A stretch of DNA of 64,000 nucleotides from a virus. The position numbers and the translations under genes were made by a program. Shown one piece after another: positions 1-8,523 of this stretch. The DNA lies in the IMG/VR virus record IMGVR_UViG_3300032334_001923, positions 1-64,000 of that record; one strand, given 5' to 3'. Positions within the stretch are counted from its first letter, which is position 1. The number at the start of each line of letters is the position of its first letter. The notes beneath the pieces were generated by a model. The model was not told the origin of the DNA and made no database searches. It saw only the letters and a program-made list of their open reading frames with translations.

Positions 1-2
1 GA

Positions 3-362
3 GTTAACGGGTCTTCTGGAACATCAGGAAGCTCGGGATCTAGTGGATCTTCAGGAAGCTCTGGATCTTCTGGAACAAGAGGATCTTCTGGAACCTCGGG
101 TAGCTCAGGATCTAGTGGATCTTCAGGAAGCTCTGGATCTGCAGGAACGTCTGGAGTTAACGGGTCTTCTGGAACATCTGGAACTTCAGGATCTAGTGGT
201 TTATCTGGTCTAGATGGAACAGCAGGATCTTCTGGAACTTCAGGCTCTTCAGGAACCTCAGGTAGCAGAGGATCTAGTGGATCTTCAGGAAGCTCAGGAT
301 CTTCTGGAAGCTCAGGATCTTCTGGAACATCAGGATCTGCTGGAACCTCAGGAGCTGGAGGA
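3..362 (+). repeat. Coding 9-nt-period low-complexity repeat encoding (G-S/T/A-S)n
   Basis: Recurrent ggatcttctggaac/tcaggaagctc units with synonymous variation. Confidence 0.95.
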
Positions 363-881
363 TCAGCATATCCATCTTTTCAAGGCACAGTAGATGCTGG
401 AGATTATTATTCTATTGATTTCTTCACGCTCTTTAATGGATTGACTTGGGATACTTGGACGTTCCAAAACTTCTCTGCTGGATTTGTGATAGACTATGCT
501 ATTTCAGCAGGCAACTATTCAGGAGATCCTGGAAATAACTTCTGGAGAATATCTAAAAGAGCTGGTCAAATTCATGGGTATATTGATAATTTTGGTGGAT
601 ATGGAGGCGGAATTGCTCCCATTCCAACTCCTGCCAATTGGACGCCGTATGCTGACCAATACGCAGTCCAATCATATGACGTGAATTCAAGATCTCTCCC
701 ATCAGGACCTCCGCAGTACACTTGGTATGGGGATCAATTCACCGATATATTAAACGATTCTGTTAGACTTTTCTGTACTATCGATATAGCTGTAACTGGA
801 TATCCTACACTTATTATAGAAAATAGATCAACAGCTCAAATTTGGTATAATATTCAGGTTAATAGGTATATAAATCTATAA
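3..881 (+). CDS. 5'-truncated fibre/virion protein with Gly-Ser-Ser/Thr triplet (collagen-like) repeats and an aromatic-rich C-terminal domain
   Basis: Frame 3 is open from base 3 (VNGSSGTSGSSGSSG...) through the called 441..881 ORF with no stop; the start lies upstream of the window. Confidence 0.8.
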   Translation, partial: VNGSSGTSGSSGSSGSSGSSGSSGTRGSSGTSGSSGSSGSSGSSGSAGTSGVNGSSGTSGTSGSSGLSGLDGTAGSSGTSGSSGTSGSRGSSGSSGSSGSSGSSGSSGTSGSAGTSGAGGSAYPSFQGTVDAGDYYSIDFFTLFNGLTWDTWTFQNFSAGFVIDYAISAGNYSGDPGNNFWRISKRAGQIHGYIDNFGGYGGGIAPIPTPANWTPYADQYAVQSYDVNSRSLPSGPPQYTWYGDQFTDILNDSVRLFCTIDIAVTGYPTLIIENRSTAQIWYNIQVNRYINL

Positions 882-894
882 CACTAATTTTTAG

Positions 895-902
895 GATACA
901 TA
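895..902 (+). promoter_or_regulatory. Putative late promoter variant GATACATA
   Basis: One mismatch to GATATATA, 19 nt before ATG 922. Confidence 0.5.
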
Positions 903-921
903 AACTATAAAATAGAAATAA

Positions 922-3054
922 ATGCCAACCCCTTTTTATTCCCAAACCGGACCCACATATAGAGACAGGATGTCGGTAAATCAGTCTCTCAAAGTTAAAG
1001 ACTCCATCTTTTCAGGGGAAGAGATTTTATTGATTGAGGATAACGTTACGACTATTAGAGCCTCTTTTTTTGGAAATCCCCAACAATTTCGTGCGGCATA
1101 TAAGAGAAGCAGAATTAATTGGTATCTAGCCCAGCTCTCTTATAAGGATGTCAGATCCCCAATTTGGTTTAGAGCAATCTCTGTTTTTAGGGGGAATAAT
1201 ACCGCAGCTGGTGATTTTACTACTTACTCTAAAAGACATGTTATATTAGAGAAACCCTTTGCACTTTTTGATTGGACATCTATCGGGGATGCCTTTGCAA
1301 ACTGGAAGTCAACTTTTGATAACGGAGCCGAGAGATTTAGCGAGGCCTCTCTGTATATTCAGCTTTACATTCCATGTAACGGACTCATAGAACCCCCACA
1401 TATTAAAGCACTGGTCAACACATCCTATCAGGATTTAGTTCCAACGTGGGAATCCGAGCCTTCATATCAGACGCATTACACCAGATGGTTTAAGATTGGA
1501 AATCTAACTGGCTGGCCTGGACTAGTGGGAGGATGGGCCAGTTGGATAGCTGATCTTAATAACAACGGCCAAAGCTTAGGAAACGTTATTCTTGACTGTG
1601 TGGGCTCATCAAAGCCATTCGGACTGGATAATAGTTATTACTCTGCACAAAACTGCTGGGAGGATCTCTGGACTGTTATGAGTGATAATTATTCTTCAGA
1701 TATTCAAAATACAGATTGGCAAGATATATTTTTCTATAACATCTATCTCGAGGAGAAGGGCAGGATCTTTAAAAAACCCATTTCACCTATCAGAGGATTC
1801 AAGTACGAGGCCAGACCGGTTCCTCAAAATGGACAGACTGGCTATGTGCCAGGATCTAGTAGATTTATGATCTTTGCATCTTTTAGACCTGCAATAGGAG
1901 GAAGTGACTTCTGTAAGTTTGAGAGAACTTGGACCTATGTATACGATGACACAGGTAGGCCCGTTATTAATACCGGACAAACTATTCCTTACGTCTTCCA
2001 AAAACTCACTTACCGAATGACAGAATCGGATGAGGTGCTTTGTCTTAAACAGAGTTTCCAGAGTTATCTCGGGGGTGAACCCAGATACGCCTGGGATTGG
2101 TTTTCAAGTGAGCAGTATAATACAGAGTATTACAATCCTAAAGACCCTTTTAATACCCAATTCTATTCTGCAGTCTATTCTACCTATGATAGATTTAATT
2201 ATGGAGGAGGTCTTCAGCTAACCCCATATTCAGCAGCTTGCTATGCAGTGAAGTTAGTCCCAGAGGAGCCTGCGGATTGGGGACCTGGTGGTGCTAATTG
2301 GCTGAATGTAATAGCAGACCTAAACACCAGGGCGGAAGAGAAATCCGGGCACGTCCCCCAATATCTACTTGATAACCCAGGAACTGTCGATCCCCGGGTT
2401 GGATTTATTTTAAGTGCCGAGTATTACGATATCCGGGATCTTGTTGACATCTTCAACGGTTATGGTTTAAACAATCAGTATTGCATAACTGTTGGTTATC
2501 AGTTTAGATTTGCTCTTTTTCCGGATAAGGCCACGTCATTGATCTATAATAGACCACAGGAGGCTTCAACTATATCCGGCGGACTAGGTGGAATTATGAC
2601 TTTCAAAGAGGAGAGATTCTCTGTGCCTTTTTGGGTATCCCCTTACACTCCAGCCGATCCTAAAGCACCTCTTGGAACTTCTACTATCCCTGGATTTGTT
2701 AATAGAGGTATGAACTCAGATGAGATAAGACTATATTCCCTTTTTTTGAACACAGGGCCATTCCCAATATTAATAAAGCATAAAAACCACATTATGTCTA
2801 AAATGAGACCAGGGAACGTTGAGATCAGATTCTGTACGTGGAAGAGCTATGATTACACATCAGCCCAGAATGCTAACGGGTGGTCAACTATAGATTATTA
2901 CGATGCCCAACCTAAGGCAGAATTCGGGAGATTTGCCAACAAGAAGCTGATCTTAAAAAAATACGGAAAGAACTTAACCTTTCACTTGGTGTATGAAGGT
3001 AGTTCACCTGATCATTTATTGCCACAGTACATCGAAGTGAACTACCCAGGATAA
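922..3054 (+). CDS. Hypothetical virion protein, paralog A (710 aa)
   Basis: Shares long blocks with 3073..5184 (LYIQLYIPCNGLIEPPHI, YLEEKGRIFKKPISPIRGFKYE, KMRPGNVE). Confidence 0.6.
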   Translation: MPTPFYSQTGPTYRDRMSVNQSLKVKDSIFSGEEILLIEDNVTTIRASFFGNPQQFRAAYKRSRINWYLAQLSYKDVRSPIWFRAISVFRGNNTAAGDFTTYSKRHVILEKPFALFDWTSIGDAFANWKSTFDNGAERFSEASLYIQLYIPCNGLIEPPHIKALVNTSYQDLVPTWESEPSYQTHYTRWFKIGNLTGWPGLVGGWASWIADLNNNGQSLGNVILDCVGSSKPFGLDNSYYSAQNCWEDLWTVMSDNYSSDIQNTDWQDIFFYNIYLEEKGRIFKKPISPIRGFKYEARPVPQNGQTGYVPGSSRFMIFASFRPAIGGSDFCKFERTWTYVYDDTGRPVINTGQTIPYVFQKLTYRMTESDEVLCLKQSFQSYLGGEPRYAWDWFSSEQYNTEYYNPKDPFNTQFYSAVYSTYDRFNYGGGLQLTPYSAACYAVKLVPEEPADWGPGGANWLNVIADLNTRAEEKSGHVPQYLLDNPGTVDPRVGFILSAEYYDIRDLVDIFNGYGLNNQYCITVGYQFRFALFPDKATSLIYNRPQEASTISGGLGGIMTFKEERFSVPFWVSPYTPADPKAPLGTSTIPGFVNRGMNSDEIRLYSLFLNTGPFPILIKHKNHIMSKMRPGNVEIRFCTWKSYDYTSAQNANGWSTIDYYDAQPKAEFGRFANKKLILKKYGKNLTFHLVYEGSSPDHLLPQYIEVNYPG

Positions 3055-3072
3055 CCTTAATAAAAATATACA

Positions 3073-5184
3073 ATGCCAGTCACATTTTCAAGTATAGGAG
3101 TCACATCCAGAGATTATAAATACATTAATAACTCTGTTAAGGTAAAGGATTCAGTTTTCTCAGGAGAGGAGATCCTTCTCTTCGAGGATAATGTTTTCAC
3201 TGGTAGAAGATTTTACCCTTCTGAGCAGGGGTTAAGCTCCCCCAACATCTGGATGACATTTATGAAGAGATCTAGAATTATGTGGTACTATAATACCTAT
3301 AATTCTAATGCCGAATCTCCCATATGGTTTAGAGCTGTTACTGTGATGCAGGGAAACGTTGTACTGGGATATGAAACTTTTAGTAAAAGACATGTTCTCC
3401 TAGAAAGGCCTCTCTCAAGTTTCAATTTTTCTGCCGTTCGTACGGCCTGTGTGGATTGGGTTCAAAACATATTCGACAATGGAGGAAGACGTGATAATAA
3501 CTTTTCGCTCTATATTCAGCTCTATATTCCGTGTAACGGTCTTATTGAACCTCCACATATTGCTTCACTGGTTAACACCTCTTATCAGGATCTCTCCCCA
3601 ACTTGGGAGGCTGTGGTTTCCTATTCTTCCCACTATACCAGATGGTACAATTGGGGTAACTTAACATCATTCAATGGTATATTTTACCATTGGCAACCTA
3701 GGATATCTAGCCTAGGTCCTGCTTCTTTCTTCGGTTCAATTTATAAATACATTGATAGTGATGTTGGTGGTGGGAATGGTCTATTATGGGGAAGGGATTA
3801 CTCTACATATTCACCATTTACACTTTGGATATCATGGTGGCAGTGGTTTAGTAATCTTTTTGAAGAGGTGGATCTTTGGGATTTTTTAGGTGCAAACTTA
3901 TATCTGGAGGAGAAAGGCAGAATTTTTAAAAAACCGATTTCCCCAATTAGAGGATTCAAGTACGAGTATCCAAATAGACGCACCCTTTATGGAGGAGGAC
4001 AGTATCCACAAATATTTGGCAGCGTTACTCTAGTTCATAACAACTGGAATATATTTTCATTGGATTGTCCGCAGCTTGGCAATCCTGCTCTTGGTACTAT
4101 TTGGAATTTCACGCAAGATTCTAAGCAGGGTAGATCTTATAATAATCTAAATTACGAGCCAGTTAGCAACTACCAAAAGCTCACTTATAGAATGACACAG
4201 TCTCCTGATGTCATCACGGTAAAACAGGCAACGACTTCATCGGGAGGCCCAAATTATGCTTGGGAGGTGATTGACAGTCGGGCTAATAAGAATTATCTCC
4301 CCCATGATCCCTTTAATTTAAACGCCAATTACCAAAACGGTTATAGCGCCGACAACCGCTATAGTTATGGAGGAGGTCTAAATCTAACACCATACTCTGC
4401 AGCTTGTTTTATTGTTCAATTATGTGGTGATATAGATATCAATCAGCTTAATACTCTCCTTAATGAATCAGCTGAGGCCTACTCGGGACACTTGCCTCAA
4501 ATAACAAACCTCTCTCCGAGTATTCTATATGGATTTGTGGTTAGTGCGGAGTACTATGATCTAAATAGTCTTCTGGATGTGTTAAACACTATAGTTCTGC
4601 CCAATCTAAACGGAGTAAGAATATGGCAGGGTTACTACTTTAAACTGGCTCTTTTTCCAGACAAAGCCACATCTTTGGTTTACACCCTACCTGCCGAGGT
4701 TTCTAAATCTTTATTGGGTGGAGACCCAGGTGTTAATAGTAGATCACATATTCTCGGAGCTCTCTTAACTTTCAAAGACGAGAGAATGACCGTCCCAATG
4801 TGGACTTATTCAAGATTAGCTTATCCATCTAAAGCTCCGATGCAGAATTTTTCTAATCTGAATTCAGCAGAGATCAGACTAGGTAATCTAGTTGGTGGTT
4901 ATATTGGGTTACCTATAAACGATAAAAGAGGTTTTTTTAACAAAATGAGACCGGGTAATGTTGAGATGCGATTCTGCACTTTTAAGCCCAATTGGTATAC
5001 ATCTTCAACAAATATGAATTCAGAATCTCCCTTTGATCAAAATCGTAATGAATTCGGAAGACTGGCAGATAAAAAACTCATTTTAAAAAGATATGGAAAA
5101 AATCTAACTTTCCATGTGGTTCTTGATAAAAGTCCCTCTGATGTACTTCTACCGCAAAGTGTTGAAGTCTACTATCCTGTATAG
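3073..5184 (+). CDS. Hypothetical virion protein, paralog B (703 aa)
   Basis: Tandem paralog of 922..3054. Confidence 0.6.
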   Translation: MPVTFSSIGVTSRDYKYINNSVKVKDSVFSGEEILLFEDNVFTGRRFYPSEQGLSSPNIWMTFMKRSRIMWYYNTYNSNAESPIWFRAVTVMQGNVVLGYETFSKRHVLLERPLSSFNFSAVRTACVDWVQNIFDNGGRRDNNFSLYIQLYIPCNGLIEPPHIASLVNTSYQDLSPTWEAVVSYSSHYTRWYNWGNLTSFNGIFYHWQPRISSLGPASFFGSIYKYIDSDVGGGNGLLWGRDYSTYSPFTLWISWWQWFSNLFEEVDLWDFLGANLYLEEKGRIFKKPISPIRGFKYEYPNRRTLYGGGQYPQIFGSVTLVHNNWNIFSLDCPQLGNPALGTIWNFTQDSKQGRSYNNLNYEPVSNYQKLTYRMTQSPDVITVKQATTSSGGPNYAWEVIDSRANKNYLPHDPFNLNANYQNGYSADNRYSYGGGLNLTPYSAACFIVQLCGDIDINQLNTLLNESAEAYSGHLPQITNLSPSILYGFVVSAEYYDLNSLLDVLNTIVLPNLNGVRIWQGYYFKLALFPDKATSLVYTLPAEVSKSLLGGDPGVNSRSHILGALLTFKDERMTVPMWTYSRLAYPSKAPMQNFSNLNSAEIRLGNLVGGYIGLPINDKRGFFNKMRPGNVEMRFCTFKPNWYTSSTNMNSESPFDQNRNEFGRLADKKLILKRYGKNLTFHVVLDKSPSDVLLPQSVEVYYPV

Positions 5185-5191
5185 ATATATA
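5184..5191 (+). promoter_or_regulatory. Putative late promoter GATATATA
   Basis: Exact motif, followed by a ~125-nt structured region rather than a long ORF. Confidence 0.55.
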
Positions 5192-5329
5192 GGACAATGC
5201 GCAACTCATCATACATTATATCTATGTGGCGCGGTAAATGAAGCTTCGACCTTCGAAATACAAAGTGGCTTCGATAAACGGGGTTTCGATCTGACTTTAC
5301 AACCAGTCTCCCCGTTATTTTTTTTTTTT
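5192..5329 (+). ncRNA. Candidate structured late small RNA (or 14-aa leader ORF 5197..5241)
   Basis: Lies between two GATATATA motifs; three predicted stems and a terminal T-run. Confidence 0.35.
5277..5329 (+). terminator. Intrinsic terminator-like hairpin
   Basis: AACGGGG...CCCCGTT stem (inner GACT/AGTC) followed by a run of 12 T. Confidence 0.65.
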
Positions 5330-5337
5330 GATATATA
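5330..5337 (+). promoter_or_regulatory. Putative late promoter GATATATA
   Basis: 16 nt before ATG 5354. Confidence 0.7.
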
Positions 5338-5353
5338 GTTAAATTGATATAAA

Positions 5354-5941
5354 ATGCCAACAGACGGTAAAAAAGTAAGAAGACAGGCGGCAAGACACAC
5401 CGGAAGATACGTTGCATACGGAAGTGCAAATGCACTGGGACACTGGCCTGAACCCTCTGATTTCGGAGACAGAATTCTTTTTGTTAACGCAGAAGGTGTT
5501 ATGGGGGGAAATGATGACTACTGGCCGGTTGAGTACGCTAGACAACATCATGAGTGGAAACCGGTTACTGCCGCATATGCTTTTGTGGCTGAGTTTGCAA
5601 ACACTGTATCTGATGCTAAGTTAAAGACTAACATCGTTCCTATTCAGTCAGGCGATGGAGTCATAGATCTTTTAAATCCCGTACATTTCAACTGGAACAG
5701 TGTGTCTAAAAGAGATCAGGATATTCTAGAATCTGGATTTATAGCACAAGAGGTTGAGCAGATTCTTCCCTGTGCTGTTCATGAGATTAATAATCCTCAG
5801 ATTGGAACGAAGACAAAAATATTGGACTACCACAAGATAATACCTCATCTAGTTAAATACACAAAGGATCTCTCTGCAAAAGTTTCAGACCTAGAATCAA
5901 GACTTGCAGCTCTTGAATCCCAAATTTCTAATCCATCTTAA
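5354..5941 (+). CDS. Small tail-fibre-type protein with C-terminal intramolecular chaperone (peptidase S74) domain
   Basis: SDAKLK autocleavage motif, LNPVHFNW, GFIAQEVEQILP, DYHKIIPHLV, C-terminal coiled coil. Confidence 0.88.
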   Translation: MPTDGKKVRRQAARHTGRYVAYGSANALGHWPEPSDFGDRILFVNAEGVMGGNDDYWPVEYARQHHEWKPVTAAYAFVAEFANTVSDAKLKTNIVPIQSGDGVIDLLNPVHFNWNSVSKRDQDILESGFIAQEVEQILPCAVHEINNPQIGTKTKILDYHKIIPHLVKYTKDLSAKVSDLESRLAALESQISNPS

Positions 5942-5946
5942 ACCCC

Positions 5947-5976
5947 GAAATCTTTACGTTTTTTATCTCTATAAAA
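5947..5976 (+). promoter_or_regulatory. Putative middle (phage ECF sigma) promoter
   Basis: GAAAT-N17-CTATAAAA. Confidence 0.65.
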
Positions 5977-5990
5977 GATAAAAGCAAAAG

Positions 5991-6284
5991 ATGGAAAATC
6001 AAGCACCTTTACAGGAAAATCAAATTAAAATGTCAGACGAGCTTATCCTAGAGATCCAAGCTCTTAGAGACGAATTGACCCAAAATGTGGTTAGAATCGG
6101 AAGACTGAATGTTCAGCTTTCTTTTTATCGTAAGGATATGGAGATCATTAATAATGAGCTCAACTCTCTTTATCAGGCTGCAGAATCTATTTCTATTAAA
6201 GAAGACGACATCCAAAGAAAAGTTGTTGAACAGTACGGTGGTGGTAAATTAGATTTTGAAACTGGAATTTTTACTAAAGAGTAA
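5991..6284 (+). CDS. Hypothetical coiled-coil protein
   Basis: 97-aa ORF with heptad pattern, ending YGGGKLDFETGIFTKE. Confidence 0.6.
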   Translation: MENQAPLQENQIKMSDELILEIQALRDELTQNVVRIGRLNVQLSFYRKDMEIINNELNSLYQAAESISIKEDDIQRKVVEQYGGGKLDFETGIFTKE

Positions 6285-6290
6285 TAATCG

Positions 6291-7274
6291 TTGGAGGAGA
6301 TAAAAAACATAGAACAAGATAGTAGTGGTGTGATTGTTTATATCACGCCACATCTTTCTACCGGAGGCCTTCCCCAATATCTCTTAAAGAAAATAGAGAG
6401 GTTCAGCAGATTTTCAACTATATACTGTGTCGAGTATTCGTACTATGGTGCTTCGTATGTCGTTCAGAGAGATAAGATATCTAGATTATTAGGTGATAGA
6501 TTTATATCATTAGGAGAAAAATCCGATTTGATTAAACATCTCAAAGAAATAAATCCGGATATCGTCCACTTCGAGGAGATAGTCGAAACATTTGTTGATG
6601 ATGAGATCCTATCTCAGATTTACAGAGATGATAGAAAATATTACATCTGTGAAACGTGTCATAGCTCAGATATATCCCCATCGATAAAAAGATTTTATCC
6701 CGATAAATTCATTATGGTTTCTCCGTGGATTAAGAATAAATTCGAAGTCCTTAATATTCCGTCTGAGATTCTTGAATATCCCATTGAGAAATTTACTTCA
6801 AGAAGGGACCTGGCTATTAGATCTCTGAGCTTGGACGTAAGAAAGAAACACGTAATCAACGTAGGTTTATTCACTTCGGGTAAAAATCAAAGCGAGCTTA
6901 TCGAATACGCTAGAGCACTAGCTAATCTGCCTATAGAGTTTCATTTTATCGGAAATCAAGCACCAAATTTTTCTGACTACTGGGGTCCTTTAATGAATAA
7001 TCTTCCTCCTAACTGCAGAATATGGGGCGAAAGACCTGATGTTGAATTATTCTATCAGATTGCTGATCTCTTTGTTTTCACCTCTAATTTCGAATTGAAT
7101 CCTTTGTGTGTTAAAGAGTCACTCTCATGGGGAAATAAGATACTATTAAAACCTCTTGAAACTTATATGTCTATCTATGACGATAATCCAAATGTTGGAT
7201 ATCTGACAGATGACAAGAACTTAAACGTGAGCATGATTCTTCAATCATTAGAACTTGTTAAAAAAATAGATTAA
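6291..7274 (+). CDS. GT-B glycosyltransferase (GT4-like)
   Basis: PHLSTGGLPQYL N-terminal motif; ADLFVFTSNFELNPLCVKESLS (E-x7-E signature). Confidence 0.85.
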   Translation: MEEIKNIEQDSSGVIVYITPHLSTGGLPQYLLKKIERFSRFSTIYCVEYSYYGASYVVQRDKISRLLGDRFISLGEKSDLIKHLKEINPDIVHFEEIVETFVDDEILSQIYRDDRKYYICETCHSSDISPSIKRFYPDKFIMVSPWIKNKFEVLNIPSEILEYPIEKFTSRRDLAIRSLSLDVRKKHVINVGLFTSGKNQSELIEYARALANLPIEFHFIGNQAPNFSDYWGPLMNNLPPNCRIWGERPDVELFYQIADLFVFTSNFELNPLCVKESLSWGNKILLKPLETYMSIYDDNPNVGYLTDDKNLNVSMILQSLELVKKID

Positions 7275-7275
7275 G

Positions 7276-8472
7276 ATGTTTGAAATAAACCCTAAGGGAT
7301 TCTCAGTTTACTCAGACCTTTTAAATGGTTCATTAGAGAAGAAAAGCTCTATGCCATCCTTTGTATACTCTTTTAATGGCTGCACCAGAGTTGATGTCAC
7401 TGCATCAGGTTTTAAAAACCTCTCTTTTGTTGCCAATTTTTTTGAAGAGAATAACCATATCTACTCTTGCACACTAGGATCTGGAATGTTTGGAAACATT
7501 TTAAAAGCATGGGTTTCTGATTGGAGAATAGAGATGAAAGACTCGGATGGTAAAATAATTGACACGCATTCTTTCCTAGAAGATTTAAAAAAATCTAAAA
7601 TTCTAATCAGATTTGATAGTAGTTCATTAGGAGACACCATAGCATGGATGGGGTGTGTTAAACCCTTTATGGAGAAATATTCTCCTGGGTTTGTTTACGT
7701 CTCAACTTTCTACAACGATCTTTTTAAATCAGAATATCCTGAAATTGAATTTATAGAACCCAACACAAACTACAGAGATGCAAAGATCATCATTGGATTA
7801 GGTTGGTACACAGAGTCCGATAGAAATGTGCATAAGAGAGATCCAAGAACTATACCTCTTCAATCCGTTGCAGAGGATATACTGGGTCTTTCTTTAGATA
7901 AAGAGCAAAGACCTAGAATTTCTAAAACCTTTAATCCTCCTCCTGTGGAAGGAAGATATGTATGTATTGCAACAGAGTCAACCGCTGGAGCCAAGTATTG
8001 GCATCATCCCGGAGGTTGGCAAAAACTCGTCGATCTCCTAAACACACTAGGTTATTCTGTTGTCGTTATACAAAAACAGTCAACCACTCTTAAAAACGTT
8101 ATAGACAGAACTGGAGATCTGCCTCTAAACGAGAGGATTAGCGATCTTCTTGGTTGCGATTTCTTTATAGGGATAGGCTCTGGACTTTCATGGCTTGCTT
8201 GGGGTTTGGATATTCCTGTTGTTATGATATCTGGATTTAGTCAACCATTTTGTGAATTCTCAGATAAAACTCTTAGAATAATCAACACCAAAGTTTGCCA
8301 CGGATGCTTCAATAATCCGGATCATAAATTTGACAAAGGAGATTGGTGGTGGTGCCCAGAACATAAAAACACATCTAGACACTTCGAATGCACCAAATCT
8401 ATTACTCCTCAGGAGGTTTTAAGACAAATCTTAAATTCAAATATAGCTGAATGGAAACATTCTGCTTCTTAA
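7276..8472 (+). CDS. aah: Aah/TibC-family autotransporter O-heptosyltransferase
   Basis: FDSSSLGDTIAWM, FIGIGSGLSWLAW, ISGFS, and a C-x2-C-x15-C-x11-C iron-finger-like motif at 8296..8391. Confidence 0.8.
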   Translation: MFEINPKGFSVYSDLLNGSLEKKSSMPSFVYSFNGCTRVDVTASGFKNLSFVANFFEENNHIYSCTLGSGMFGNILKAWVSDWRIEMKDSDGKIIDTHSFLEDLKKSKILIRFDSSSLGDTIAWMGCVKPFMEKYSPGFVYVSTFYNDLFKSEYPEIEFIEPNTNYRDAKIIIGLGWYTESDRNVHKRDPRTIPLQSVAEDILGLSLDKEQRPRISKTFNPPPVEGRYVCIATESTAGAKYWHHPGGWQKLVDLLNTLGYSVVVIQKQSTTLKNVIDRTGDLPLNERISDLLGCDFFIGIGSGLSWLAWGLDIPVVMISGFSQPFCEFSDKTLRIINTKVCHGCFNNPDHKFDKGDWWWCPEHKNTSRHFECTKSITPQEVLRQILNSNIAEWKHSAS

Positions 8473-8495
8473 AGAGAATGGCTTTCTCTAGGGAT

Positions 8496-8503
8496 GATAT
8501 ATA
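8496..8503 (+). promoter_or_regulatory. Putative late promoter GATATATA
   Basis: 20 nt before ATG 8524. Confidence 0.7.
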
Positions 8504-8523
8504 AGAGAAAGTACTAGAGGAAG

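Noticed and set aside
922-5184. Diversity-generating retroelement (TR/VR) between the two paralogs
   Set aside because: Differences in shared blocks are synonymous third-position changes, not adenine-specific, and there is no reverse transcriptase in the window
5270-5320. tRNA gene
   Set aside because: Has TTCGA motifs and an anticodon-like stem-loop, but I could not build a cloverleaf with acceptor stem, D arm and CCA end
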